A DNA stretch of 64,000 nucleotides from an uncultured cyanobacterium (GTDB taxonomy: Bacteria; Cyanobacteriota; Cyanobacteriia; Cyanobacteriales; Nostocaceae), in NCBI GenBank assembly GCA_963706595.1, contig OY970166.1, forward strand, positions 3,552,001-3,616,000, written 5' to 3'. Positions 10,663 through 20,943 of this stretch are shown here, piece by piece. Within the stretch, counting starts at the first letter, position 1. Every line of letters begins with the position of its first letter. The position numbers and the translations under genes are program-made. The notes under the pieces are model-generated. The model was not told the origin of the DNA. It did not search any database and saw only the letters and a list, made by a program, of their open reading frames with translations.

Positions 10663-12012
10663 TTGACATCCTCACCGCCCTGAAAGTGCGGTGATTCCAA
10701 GAATCACTTCTTGAGCTTCCTCTTTCCGCGACCCGACTTACTAGGAGGGATTTCTCCACCCAAGCAGAGGTCGATGTCTCCAGAGGCGTTAGTTCCGACG
10801 TGACCCGCCGTACTTAATGCTTTTTCTAATATGTTCCGCGCCGCGTTCCAATCCCTGTCTTGGGTATGCCCACAATATGGACAAACATGAGTTCTAGTGC
10901 TGAGAGTCTTTTTGACAACCTCACCACAATTAGAACAATTCTGTGAAGTGTAGTGGGGGGGAACGGCAACTGTCACCACACCAAACACTTTGCCAAAATA
11001 CTCAACCCATTCACGGAACAGCGACCACGAAACGTCACTAATCGATTTAGCCAAGCGATGATTCTTGACCATATTCCGCACCTGCAAATCTTCATACGCC
11101 ACGAGGTCGTTAGACTTCACTACGCACCTTGCTGCCTTAACAGCAAAGTCTTTACGCTGGCGACTTACTTTGAGATGCTTCCGTGCAAGTCTATTTCTAA
11201 ACTTGACTCTATTTTTGGAGCCTTTTTTAGTCTTGGACATCCGGCGTTGCAACCGTTTCAAAGACTTCTCGCTTTTACGCAGATGACGCGGATTTGGAAC
11301 TGTTGCCCCGTTGCTATCGGTGTAGAAATGGTTCAAGCCAACATCAATCCCAATAGTTTTACCTGTTGGTTCTCGCCTTTCTACTCGCTCATGGTCAATG
11401 CAAAACTGGCAATAATAGCCATCGGCACGACGTACAACCCGCACTCTTTTAAACTGTTTAAGTTGGTAGAAATGCAGGTCACGAGTTCCCCAGAGTTTAA
11501 AGGTTCCTGCTTTGAAGCCATCAGAAAAAGTGATCTGCCTCCGGTCATCAGAAAGTCGCCACCCAGAGGTTTTGTACTCAACAGAACCATGTGTTTGTTC
11601 CTTCTTGAACCGTGGATATCCTTTTTTCCCTGGCTTGCCTTTTTTGCAATTATCAAAAAATCTAGCGATTGCAGACCACGCTCTTTCAGCACTAGCCTGT
11701 CTTGCCATCGAGTTCAATTTGGCTACCCAAGGGAACTCAGTATTAGCAGCAAGGATAGCACAGAACTTACTCAGGTCATATCGACCAATGCCCTTGTTAT
11801 CCATCCAGTATCTCAAGCAAGCATTGCGAACAAACCGCGCAGTTCTAATTGCTTCGTTCAGCGATTGATACTGTTCGTCTTGTCCCTCAAGTTTTGCCTC
11901 GAATACCAGCATGATGATTACGTCAGTTGCACCAACGTAATTTTATCATAATCATGAACAACAATCATAAAAAGCCGTCGTAGAACGACGGGGCTTTAGA
12001 CCCAACTCTTCG
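10663..12012 (-). mobile_element. IS200/IS605-family tnpB-only element (IS1341-type), 1350 bp
   Basis: Inserted 3' of TTAC, ends in TCAA, no TSD; subterminal hairpins AAAGCCCCGTCGTTCTACGACGGCTTT and CACCGCAC-TTTCAG-GGCGGTG. Confidence 0.93.
10704..11912 (-). CDS. tnpB: RNA-guided endonuclease TnpB
   Basis: RuvC motifs GIDVG, AYEDL and DRDWNAA; zinc ribbon CSNC/CPYC. Confidence 0.95.
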   Translation of the reverse strand: MLVFEAKLEGQDEQYQSLNEAIRTARFVRNACLRYWMDNKGIGRYDLSKFCAILAANTEFPWVAKLNSMARQASAERAWSAIARFFDNCKKGKPGKKGYPRFKKEQTHGSVEYKTSGWRLSDDRRQITFSDGFKAGTFKLWGTRDLHFYQLKQFKRVRVVRRADGYYCQFCIDHERVERREPTGKTIGIDVGLNHFYTDSNGATVPNPRHLRKSEKSLKRLQRRMSKTKKGSKNRVKFRNRLARKHLKVSRQRKDFAVKAARCVVKSNDLVAYEDLQVRNMVKNHRLAKSISDVSWSLFREWVEYFGKVFGVVTVAVPPHYTSQNCSNCGEVVKKTLSTRTHVCPYCGHTQDRDWNAARNILEKALSTAGHVGTNASGDIDLCLGGEIPPSKSGRGKRKLKK

Positions 12013-13069
12013 GTAAACATCATCTCCTCCCAGCAAATTTAAACGTTTTTGGTTAATTTGAACTACCTGCAAAGCTTTATCTAGAGTTTCGGTATTAGTT
12101 GCGAACATCAACACTTCTGCACCTTGCCCGGTGGCTTGTTCTAGACTTTTCGCTGCACTAAAATTGCCCTGTGACAAATCAAATTCGCTTAATACCTGGC
12201 CGCCTTCCAACGCTACAGATGAAACAAACTCAGTTTTCAAAGACTGACTGTAATTACTTTGGGAATTAAAGAAAACTGCTGCCTGGGTTTTCTGCAAGTT
12301 TTTGACCATATAATTAGCCAAGCTTCTCGCCGCCATAAAATCACTAGGAACTGTGCGGAAAACGTAGGGGCTAAAATTAGTAATTTTGACAGAAGTGCTA
12401 GTAGGAGAAATGGCTACCAATTTTCCAGTATTGTAAATACTGCCTGCTGCTAAAGTCGTATCACTGGCATTAGGTCCCACTACGCCTAAAATATCCGAAT
12501 TTTTGACTAAGTTAGCCGCGATTTGTTGAGAGATTTCGGGATTGTCATCATCATTTGCTATCCCTACCTTTAAAGGCACTCCCTTAATTCCTCCAGAGGT
12601 ATTAATGGCATTTTGGGCTTGGGCGATACCACGTAAAATTTCTAGGGAAGAGTTGGGAGCAGTACCTAACGGTATAGATGCCACAATACTATAACTTTTA
12701 GCAGAAGCAATGCGGGCATTATTCAGATATATCAGTGCCTGGGGGTCATTACGCTGGATTTTTAAAGATTTTTCTAAACTAGCGATCGCCTGAGCATAAT
12801 TTTGATTAGCTAAGGCTTGCACACCCTCTTTTTTAGCAGCAGTAGCTTCACCAGAAGTTAAAATTTTTTCTCCAAAACTAATGCGATCGGCAATGGATTG
12901 ATTATCAGGTGTTGATAAATTATTAGCAGATTGGTTTTGGGGGAATATGCGGTCTTTAAATAACCATATACCACCACCCACTAATCCTAATGTAACGACC
13001 AGGGACAACAAAAGTACTGTAGTTTCGTTCTTGTGGGACATATAATATTTTTAAGTTGTTAATTTATAA

Positions 13070-14491
13070 TTAAAGTACCAAAGATATTAATTTATAAATC
13101 AGGCGAAATACAGCTGTAATTGAAATAGCTACCAACCCAGCAGCAATTACTAACAGTGCTATTTCTTGAATTTGCATCCCCCCACGTAAAAAGGGAACAA
13201 AAAAAATAATTGCGAAAGTAATTCCGGGAATGATTAATAAATCAAACTTTTCTATCCACCGCCTGGTTTGGGCAAAAATCAGGATTCCTAAAATTACAGC
13301 AGAGATTACCAAAGTAATTATAGATGATGGAAATATACTATAAAGAGCGATCGCTATTAATCCGCCCTCAAAGCCACTAAAGGCTGCGCCACCCAATAGT
13401 TCCCAAGTTGAAAAAGCTGGTTGAGATTGTACTCGCTGAAGTTTTGCTTTTGGCTGTGGTTGTGGCTGTGGTTGTGGTTGTGGCTGTGGTTGTGGCTGTG
13501 GTTGTGGTTGTGATGATGGTAATACCGTTGGGGGGATTAATTGCTGCGCCAGGGCTACAAGAACGTCATCAGCCGACTGAAAGCGTTGATTAGCCGCAGC
13601 GAGGAGCATTTTGTCTAAAACATCAGCCAAGTGAGAACTGACATTTACTTGATTGCGCCATTTCCACTGATTAGTGTAAGCATCAAACAGCTGAGTTGCT
13701 TCCTGTCCTGTCAGCAAATTCAGACTAGTTACAGCCAAAGCGTATAAGTCTGTAGATGGAAAGACTTGATTTCCATACATTTGTTCAGGCGGGGCAAATC
13801 CCATCGAATAAATGCCGGTAGAAGTTGCATTTTCAGTTAAAGAAGCCGTTGTCACTTGTTTAACTGCACCAAAATCTAGCAAAAAGAGTTTTCCATCACG
13901 ACGACGCATGATATTGGAAGGCTTAATATCTCTGTGAATAATATTTTGATTATGGACAAACTGTAAAACCTTAAGAATTTCTTGCAGTACCTCCAAAATT
14001 TGCGGTTCAGAGAACTTACCATTTTGAATTAGTTCTTCCTCCAGGTTTTGCCCATCAATATATTCTTGTACCAAGTAAAAAAACTGGTCTTCCCTTCCTG
14101 GTTGTAAGCTATTAACTGTGACGGGAAAGAAGGCAAATAAATCAGGTATTTGCTCGTGTTCGCTACCTATGTGGGCTAAAACTTCGGCTTCTCTCTCAAA
14201 TAATTTTTGTGCTTTTTCCAGTTGAGTTGGGGACAAACTTCCCGCCGGTTGGAACTGCTTAACTACACATTGACGCATTCCAGGTATGCGGCGATCGCGT
14301 GCTAAAAAAGCTGTCCCAAACCCCCCTCTTCCTAGCAACTTTATTGGCACGTATCGACCATCTAGCAACAGTGGCATTCCACAAGTAGTGCAGTATTTTT
14401 GCTGCGTTGTTTTCAGCGTTGTTATGTCATCTAAATCCGCAAAATAGTTTTGTGGACGTGGGCAACTAGGACGAGTACAGTAAACTTTCAT
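13070..14491 (-). CDS. Membrane Ser/Thr protein kinase with an N-terminal 4-Cys zinc finger and a (PQ)n linker
   Basis: GRGGFG, HRDIKPSN, DFG and APPE motifs; C-terminal TM helices. Confidence 0.95.
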   Translation of the reverse strand: MKVYCTRPSCPRPQNYFADLDDITTLKTTQQKYCTTCGMPLLLDGRYVPIKLLGRGGFGTAFLARDRRIPGMRQCVVKQFQPAGSLSPTQLEKAQKLFEREAEVLAHIGSEHEQIPDLFAFFPVTVNSLQPGREDQFFYLVQEYIDGQNLEEELIQNGKFSEPQILEVLQEILKVLQFVHNQNIIHRDIKPSNIMRRRDGKLFLLDFGAVKQVTTASLTENATSTGIYSMGFAPPEQMYGNQVFPSTDLYALAVTSLNLLTGQEATQLFDAYTNQWKWRNQVNVSSHLADVLDKMLLAAANQRFQSADDVLVALAQQLIPPTVLPSSQPQPQPQPQPQPQPQPQPQPKAKLQRVQSQPAFSTWELLGGAAFSGFEGGLIAIALYSIFPSSIITLVISAVILGILIFAQTRRWIEKFDLLIIPGITFAIIFFVPFLRGGMQIQEIALLVIAAGLVAISITAVFRLIYKLISLVL

Positions 14492-14509
14492 TTTAGTTAT
14501 TAGTCAGAA

Positions 14510-14722
14510 CAATTCGTAATTGATAATTCGTAATTCGTAAATGTTCTGCTATCAATTAATCAATATATTCGATACCAGGAATATACTTTATGTTTCTCAC
14601 TAATAAATTAAGGAACTTGCATCTTGAACTTATTAGTGACGAATTACGAACTACGAATTAGTAATTATTTATTCATTAGTCATTTGCAAAAAAAAGACTA
14701 ATGACAACAGACTAATGACTAG
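14510..14722. repeat. Short tandem heptamer repeats (STRR-like)
   Basis: AATTCGT/ACGAATT and GACTAAT arrays. Similar arrays at 15803-15990, 54797-54828 and 56985-57014. Confidence 0.7.
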
Positions 14723-14725
14723 ATG

Positions 14726-15739
14726 TTAGCCTGCGTCAGCAGAGTTAGTGGTGGCTGCATCCAGTGTATTTACCACTATTTTTGGTTGTGATAATTTTAA
14801 CATATCTTGTTTCCATTCTGGGGTGGCAAACTGAGGCAGAATTTCTTGACTAAAGGCTTCTGCCGCCTTGGAACGATAGCGATTAGGATTAAAAATCATC
14901 CACAGCGTTCGCTTGACGACCACACCTTCAATGGGAGTACATCGTAGTACACCCATTTGCAATTCTTTAACGATGGCTGAGGTAGAGACAAAAGCAGCAC
15001 CTAAGCCTGACTGCACGGCATTTTTGATGGCTTCTATGGAATTGAGTTCCATTTCAAATTTAAACCGCCTGGTGTCAATATCAGAGCGTGCTAGTACCTG
15101 ATCTATCACCTTGCGAATAGTTGATTGAGAATCCAAAGCAATGAATTGCAGCTTATATAGGTCTTCTTTTTGAATTTTGTCGAGTTTGGCAAAGGGATGG
15201 AATACGGGTAGAATCAGGGCTAATTCATCCTCAGCGTAGGGCATAATTTCCAAAGATTCTGCCAATTCTGCGGGAATTTCACCGCCGATAATCGCCAGAT
15301 CAACTTGTCCATTAGCGACACTCCAAGCGGTGCGCCGGGTAGAGTGGACGTGTAACTGCACAGCTACATCTGGATATTTTTGCCGGAACATACCGATCAT
15401 TTGAGGTAACAGATAAGTGCCAGTGGTTTGAGAAGCACCGACAATTAAAGTACCACCTTGGAGATTTTGTAAATCTTCCACAGCGCGGCAGGTTTCCTGA
15501 CACAGACTGAGGATTTTTTCACCGTAGCTTAAGAGTAAATGCCCAGCTTCGGTTAATTGTGCGCGACGACCTCCACGGTCAAATAAAGGCACATCCAGCT
15601 GTCGTTCTAAGTTTTGCACTTGCAAACTGACCGCAGGTTGGGAGACATAAAGACTATCAGCAGCGCGCTTGAAGCTTCCTTCTGCGGCGATCGCTTTCAG
15701 GATACGTAACTGATCTAAAGTGAAAGGAAGGTCAGACAT
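14726..15739 (-). CDS. pacR: LysR-family regulator of the RbcR/Ycf30 (PacR) type
   Basis: [18 protein letters not shown]...[11 protein letters not shown], characteristic of the Ycf30/RbcR clade. Confidence 0.85.
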   Translation of the reverse strand: MSDLPFTLDQLRILKAIAAEGSFKRAADSLYVSQPAVSLQVQNLERQLDVPLFDRGGRRAQLTEAGHLLLSYGEKILSLCQETCRAVEDLQNLQGGTLIVGASQTTGTYLLPQMIGMFRQKYPDVAVQLHVHSTRRTAWSVANGQVDLAIIGGEIPAELAESLEIMPYAEDELALILPVFHPFAKLDKIQKEDLYKLQFIALDSQSTIRKVIDQVLARSDIDTRRFKFEMELNSIEAIKNAVQSGLGAAFVSTSAIVKELQMGVLRCTPIEGVVVKRTLWMIFNPNRYRSKAAEAFSQEILPQFATPEWKQDMLKLSQPKIVVNTLDAATTNSADAG

Positions 15740-16154
15740 AAGGCTCAACCCACAAATTTTGAAAGGAGCAGCTTTGGCAACAAATCAATCCGCTACACGG
15801 AGTCATTAGTCCTTAGTCCTTAGTCCTTAGTTAATCACACCCACGATAGCTTGCGTGGCGTAGCCAGGGATATGCTTTAACGAACGAAGTCCTGAGTCAT
15901 TAGTTTTTATCCCACAATAGCTCGCTGGCGTAGCTATGGGGTATGTATACCCAAATAACTAATGACTAGTGACTAATGATTAATGACTACATAATTAAGT
16001 TTGTGAGTTTGCTACGGAGCTTGATTTGTTGCATTTTCAACTTGGAGGCTTTACTCGAAAAAGACAGTACCACAACATCTTGACTAAAGTCTCCGGTGGA
16101 ATACTTTGTGGTATTGGTTGTACTGAGTTAAATTTTTGTTAAATTACTTCACCT

Positions 16155-16877
16155 ATGTATACGATGCTAAATTCTTGGCTTACACCCAGTCATTTTGTCA
16201 TGTTGGGGTTGCAATTAGCTTTCGCGATCGCTCACAGTGGGGGAGCCGCCCTCCGTCCTTGGGCAGAAAAACACATCGGACCAAGGCTTTATCGCATTTG
16301 CTTTGCATTAGTTAGTTTACCGTTAGCTGTAATCTTAATTATTTACTTTTTCAATCATCGCTATGATGGCTTGCAGCTTTGGTTCGTGCAGGCCGTACCG
16401 GGAGTCAGGGAAGTAGTTTGGGTATTATCAGCGATTTCTTTTTTATTTTTGTATCCTGCTACCTTCAATTTACTAGAAATTGCCGCCATTCAAAAGCCCC
16501 AAGTCTACCTGTTCGAGACCGGAATTATTCGTATTACCCGCCATCCTCAGATGGTAGGACAAATAATTTGGTGTTTTGCCCATACCCTTTGGTTAGGAAC
16601 TAGCTTTACCTTGGTTACTTCCATTGGGTTGATTTTGCATCACTTGTTTGGAGTTTGGCATGGCGATCGCCGCCTTCGGTCCCGCTATGGTGAATCCTTT
16701 GAAATTGTTAAACAAAGGACATCAATTATTCCTTTCCAGGCCATTATTGATGGTCGTCAATCTATCAAATGGCAGGAATTTCTCCGTCCTGCCTATTTAG
16801 GAGTAGGAATTTTTATTGGTCTGCTTTTCTGGGCGCACCCCCTGTTAATTGTCGCGACTAGTAGGATACAATGGTAG
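16155..16877 (+). CDS. NnrU-family membrane protein (15-cis-zeta-carotene isomerase-like)
   Basis: HSGGA, GIIRITRHPQM, HGDRRL and RTSIIPF motifs. Confidence 0.85.
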   Translation: MYTMLNSWLTPSHFVMLGLQLAFAIAHSGGAALRPWAEKHIGPRLYRICFALVSLPLAVILIIYFFNHRYDGLQLWFVQAVPGVREVVWVLSAISFLFLYPATFNLLEIAAIQKPQVYLFETGIIRITRHPQMVGQIIWCFAHTLWLGTSFTLVTSIGLILHHLFGVWHGDRRLRSRYGESFEIVKQRTSIIPFQAIIDGRQSIKWQEFLRPAYLGVGIFIGLLFWAHPLLIVATSRIQW

Positions 16878-17275
16878 TTTGAGATGATCCCCACTATCAA
16901 AAGAAAATATAAGTTAGGGGAGATTTACCCTATTCAAGTGCTACCAAATCAATGTAGGATAAATTCAAATAAGCTGTCAGTGGGGGTGCGCTCAGTCAGT
17001 TTGAGATTTTATAGTAGTTTGTTGCTAGTCTAATGCCTTTTCTGGGGAGCCGATGGTACAGCAGTCTAATTTCGTGACTCGCAACAATTAGGAGTTGAAA
17101 AGCCAAAATAGCCTCCGTAGCAGTCACGCAGGTTTTTTTGTCACAGTGAAAATCAACACTGGAATAGTTGCATAATTTTGGTTTCCCTAAAGCTGATGTG
17201 AGGAAATGACTGGCGGGCTAATTCCTGCTACTGATAGCTAATTTAATATCAAAACCTTATAAATCTAGAGGCGTC

Positions 17276-17662
17276 ATGGTGTTGTCGGTTAGTGAGCGGA
17301 CATTTACTCAAGAAGTTTTACAATCTCCAATTCCTGTTTTAGTTAATTTTGAAGCACCCTGGTGTGGCTTGTGTCGCATTATTCATCCTCTATTGTTGCA
17401 ATTTAATGCTCAATGTGGAGATCAAATTAAGTTAGTAGGGGTTAACGCTGATGATAATTTTAAACTGGCTAACACTTATCGACTAAGGTCATTACCAACT
17501 TTACTGTTGGTGGAAAATGGCATGATTCGGCAGCGCCTAGAAGGTTTCCGTGGTAAAGAAGATTTACGTCTGGCTTTGGAAGAAATAAAACTCACTTACA
17601 ACAACCGTTCTAAAACATACCATAATCTCACAACAGCAGACTTGGAATATCGTTCAGCATAA
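17276..17662 (+). CDS. trxC: Cyanobacterial thioredoxin C
   Basis: Thioredoxin fold with the atypical WCGLC active site. Confidence 0.85.
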   Translation: MVLSVSERTFTQEVLQSPIPVLVNFEAPWCGLCRIIHPLLLQFNAQCGDQIKLVGVNADDNFKLANTYRLRSLPTLLLVENGMIRQRLEGFRGKEDLRLALEEIKLTYNNRSKTYHNLTTADLEYRSA

Positions 17663-17758
17663 ATCTGGATGTCAGGAGTAGTTACTGGTTATAAATAGCA
17701 CCATTCACAGTGCTGATTCCCTAGTACCCAGTTCGACAAATATAAAACCATGCTTAAT

Positions 17759-17792
17759 TACCCCACCCAAAGCTTATTGGGTGGGGTATTTT
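17759..17792 (+). terminator. Intrinsic terminator
   Basis: ACCCCACCCAA...TTGGGTGGGGT stem followed by a T-tract. Confidence 0.65.
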
Positions 17793-17864
17793 ATCCTCAA
17801 GGGTGTGTGTCACAATTATTAACAGTTCAGCCTTAGTCAAGAGTTCTAAAAGTAAGCGTCAGTG

Positions 17865-19952
17865 ATGGAAGTAATCTATGAATATGCCTGGCTAATTCCA
17901 GTATTTCCGCTTTTAGGAGCAATGCTGGTTGGTCTAGGATTAATTTCTTTAAATCAGGTGACAAACCGCCTGCGACAACTTAACGCTGTATTGATCATCT
18001 CCCTGATGGGAGCAGCAATGAGTTTCTCGTTGGCCTTGCTGTGGAGTCAAATTCAAGGACACGCTCCTTACCTCTACACCCTCGAATGGGCAGCAGCAGG
18101 CAATTTTCACCTGAGCATGGGCTACACTATCGACCACTTAACAGCCGTGATGCTGGTGATTGTCACCACGGTAGCGTTATTAGTCATGGTCTACACCGAT
18201 GGCTATATGGCTCATGACCCAGGATACGTCAGGTTTTACGCCTATCTCAGCTTATTTGGTTCCTCGATGTTGGGTCTAGTCATTAGCCCCAACTTGGTAC
18301 AGATTTACATCTTCTGGGAACTAGTGGGGATGTGTTCCTACTTGCTGGTCGGCTTTTGGTACGATCGCAAGGCCGCAGCCGATGCTTGTCAAAAGGCATT
18401 TGTCACTAACCGCGTGGGTGACTTTGGTCTGCTATTGGGCATCCTGGGACTGTTCTGGGCGACAGGAAGCTTTGATTTTGGTGTGATGGGCGATCGCCTA
18501 GCGCAACTCGTAGAAACAGGTTCTATCAGCAATTTCCTCGCCATTCTGTTGGCGATTTTGGTGTTCTTAGGGCCAGTGGCGAAATCCGCCCAATTTCCTC
18601 TCCACGTCTGGCTACCAGATGCAATGGAAGGTCCCACACCCATTTCGGCCCTGATTCACGCCGCCACAATGGTAGCAGCCGGTGTCTTCCTGATTGCCCG
18701 GATGTACCCCGTATTTGAACACGTCCCAGTCGCCATGAACGTCATTGCCTTTACCGGGGCATTTACGGCGTTTTTGGGGGCTAGCATTGCCATGACCCAA
18801 AATGACATTAAAAAGGGTCTAGCTTACTCCACCATCTCCCAATTAGGCTACATGGTGATGGCGATGGGATTAGGCTCATACAGTGCGGGATTATTCCACC
18901 TGATGACTCACGCCTACTTTAAAGCGATGTTGTTCTTAGGTTCTGGTTCCGTGATTCACGGTATGGAAGGCGTTGTCGGTCATGATGCCGTTTTAGCGCA
19001 GGATATGCGCTTAATGGGAGGAATGCGAAAGTATATGCCAGTCACCGGCATTACCTTCTTGATTGGTTGCTTGGCAATTTCCGGAGTTCCACCTTTTGCA
19101 GGTTTTTGGTCAAAAGATGAAATTCTCGGTAAGGCTTTTGAAGCCAGCCCACTTCTCTGGTTGATTGGCTGGTTAACTGCCGGGATTACCGCTTTCTATA
19201 TGTTTAGAATGTACTTCATGACATTTGAAGGCAAATTCCGGGGAACGGACGAGAAAATCAAGGCTAAACTCAAAAAAGCCGCCACTCCAGTGATTGTGGA
19301 ATTAGATTCAGCCGCACTAGCACCTAATTTTGGTCCTGGGGCGATGAAAAAAGGAGAATTGGCAGCAAATGCTCATGATTCCCACGGACATCACAGCGAC
19401 ACTCCCCATGAATCGCCGTGGACGATGACTTTGCCTTTGGCGCTGTTGGCTATACCTTCAATGTTGATTGGTTTGGTGGGGACACCTTACGCCAATTACT
19501 TTGAGGAGTTTATTTTTCCGCCTAGCGAAACCCTCGCTGAAGTTATGGAAAAAGCTGCTGAGTTCAACCCGACGGAATTTTACGTCATGGCGGGGGCTTC
19601 AGTGGGTATTTCCTTGATTGGCATTACCTTGGCTTCGCTGATGTACCTGCGGGGCAAAATTGACCCAGCTGCGATCGCATCTCAAATCAAACCACTTTAC
19701 GATCTATCCCTCAACAAGTGGTACTTTGATGACATTTACCATCGTGTCTTTGTTTTAGGCTTACGTCGCCTAGCTAGACAAGTGATGGAAGTTGACTTCC
19801 GCGTAGTAGATGGTGCTGTTAACCTCACAGGCTTTTTCACCCTCGTCAGTGGTGAAGGTCTGAAGTACCTAGAAAATGGTCGCGCTCAATTCTATGCCTT
19901 GATTATCTTTGGGGCGGTTTTGGGTTTAGTGATTGTCTTCGGTGTAACCTAG
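17865..19952 (+). CDS. ndhF1: NAD(P)H-quinone oxidoreductase subunit 5
   Basis: AKSAQFPLHVWLPDAMEGPTPISALIHAATM motif. Confidence 0.97.
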   Translation: MEVIYEYAWLIPVFPLLGAMLVGLGLISLNQVTNRLRQLNAVLIISLMGAAMSFSLALLWSQIQGHAPYLYTLEWAAAGNFHLSMGYTIDHLTAVMLVIVTTVALLVMVYTDGYMAHDPGYVRFYAYLSLFGSSMLGLVISPNLVQIYIFWELVGMCSYLLVGFWYDRKAAADACQKAFVTNRVGDFGLLLGILGLFWATGSFDFGVMGDRLAQLVETGSISNFLAILLAILVFLGPVAKSAQFPLHVWLPDAMEGPTPISALIHAATMVAAGVFLIARMYPVFEHVPVAMNVIAFTGAFTAFLGASIAMTQNDIKKGLAYSTISQLGYMVMAMGLGSYSAGLFHLMTHAYFKAMLFLGSGSVIHGMEGVVGHDAVLAQDMRLMGGMRKYMPVTGITFLIGCLAISGVPPFAGFWSKDEILGKAFEASPLLWLIGWLTAGITAFYMFRMYFMTFEGKFRGTDEKIKAKLKKAATPVIVELDSAALAPNFGPGAMKKGELAANAHDSHGHHSDTPHESPWTMTLPLALLAIPSMLIGLVGTPYANYFEEFIFPPSETLAEVMEKAAEFNPTEFYVMAGASVGISLIGITLASLMYLRGKIDPAAIASQIKPLYDLSLNKWYFDDIYHRVFVLGLRRLARQVMEVDFRVVDGAVNLTGFFTLVSGEGLKYLENGRAQFYALIIFGAVLGLVIVFGVT

Positions 19953-20161
19953 TTTTATCAGGGGTGGGCGGTTGTCCGCCCCGACATTATTTTTTATTTC
20001 ACGCTCCAGGCGCAGAGTCGCAGAGAGTTGCGTTGGAAAAGATGACAAGATTTTTTAATCCCAGGTTGGTTTTTAGCTTGCGTCCCGCAGAGTACAAAAT
20101 GAAACCCAACATTCTAAAATTATTCATAAGTTGTTAAGATTTTAATGAAACAGGTAATTCT

Positions 20162-20441
20162 ATGGAATTGAGGTTTGAATGGCATGAAAAAAAAGCCCAA
20201 GAAAACTTCAGAAAACATGGAATTAGTTTTGAAGAAGCAAAAACAGTATTCAATGACCCCTTCTCGATCACGATAGCTGATTCTAAACACTCGGATCATG
20301 AAGAACGCTATTATTGATATTGGTCTTTCTAGTAGAGATAATTTAGTAGTTGTAGTTTACACAGAACGTCAATCAAATATTCGCATTATTAGTTGCCGTA
20401 AAGCTACAAACGCAGAAAAGAAAATCTATGAACAATATTAA
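20162..20441 (+). pseudogene. brnT: BrnT-family toxin with a +1 frameshift
   Basis: MELRFEWHEKKAQENFRKHGISFEEAKTVFNDP...HSDHEERY, then a stop. One extra T in CGCTATTATTGAT (~20310); the shifted frame continues IDIGLS...RIISCRKAT. Confidence 0.85.
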
Positions 20442-20724
20442 CGCTGAACAGTCAGATAGCGAAGATAATGAAATGCTCCCAGAATACGATTTTACCGGTG
20501 GTTTACGTGGGAAACATTACCAAGCTTATCGGCATGGACATACTGTGACTGTTCATCAAGAGGATGGGAGAGAAATTGTCCAACATTTCACCCTTGAAGA
20601 TGGGGCGATCATGCTTGATCCTGATGTGCGAGAATATTTTCCTGATGCAGAAACCGTCAACCAAGCTTTACGCACATTAATTAGTCTATTTCCGAAAACT
20701 CAACAATCAATAACACCTCAATAA
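20428..20724 (+). CDS. BrnA-like antitoxin
   Basis: Overlaps the brnT 3' end; PEYDF..RGK and LDPDV..F...VNQALR motifs. Confidence 0.75.
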   Translation: MNNINAEQSDSEDNEMLPEYDFTGGLRGKHYQAYRHGHTVTVHQEDGREIVQHFTLEDGAIMLDPDVREYFPDAETVNQALRTLISLFPKTQQSITPQ

Positions 20725-20836
20725 TAATCTGAAAATATCGCGTTTTCTAATCATGTAAGGTATATCACAGCCCCCTCCTCCCTTGCGCTACCGTGTACAC
20801 ACAAGTGATTGAATCACCCCACATCCTTTAAAAGTA

Positions 20837-20941
20837 GTGGACTGACAAGCTTAAAATAGTGCATTAGATAAAAGCAGAAAACATTGATTTATCTCAATTT
20901 TCTCAAAAATCTATTGCAACATTTTAGCCTTGCCACGCCAG
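20837..20941. mobile_element. IS630-derived MITE unit (left of the IS)
   Basis: Same ~105-bp unit as the downstream array, flanked by TA. Confidence 0.85.
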
Positions 20942-20943
20942 TA

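Larger units (their letters stand above)
10297..13041 (-). pseudogene. Membrane-anchored periplasmic binding protein (branched-chain amino-acid/PBP1 type) split by an IS
   Basis: Joining 13041-12013 to 10662-10297 restores the frame ...GGDDVY|TVKTLEVGGEQASGMVVAVPWH..., about 464 aa. Confidence 0.9.

Noticed and set aside
10953..11951. 332-aa plus-strand ORF and other antisense ORFs (e.g. 34768-35373, 55176-55718, 25211-25618)
   Set aside because: They are shadows of well-supported genes on the opposite strand and have no recognisable motifs.
10663..12012. IStron (group I intron-IS hybrid)
   Set aside because: Only ~100 bp precede tnpB, leaving no room for a ribozyme core.
17040..17240. Riboswitch in the trxC leader
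   Set aside because: Some pairing (CGTGACT/AGTCACG) and a T-tract are present, but I could not match any known aptamer consensus.
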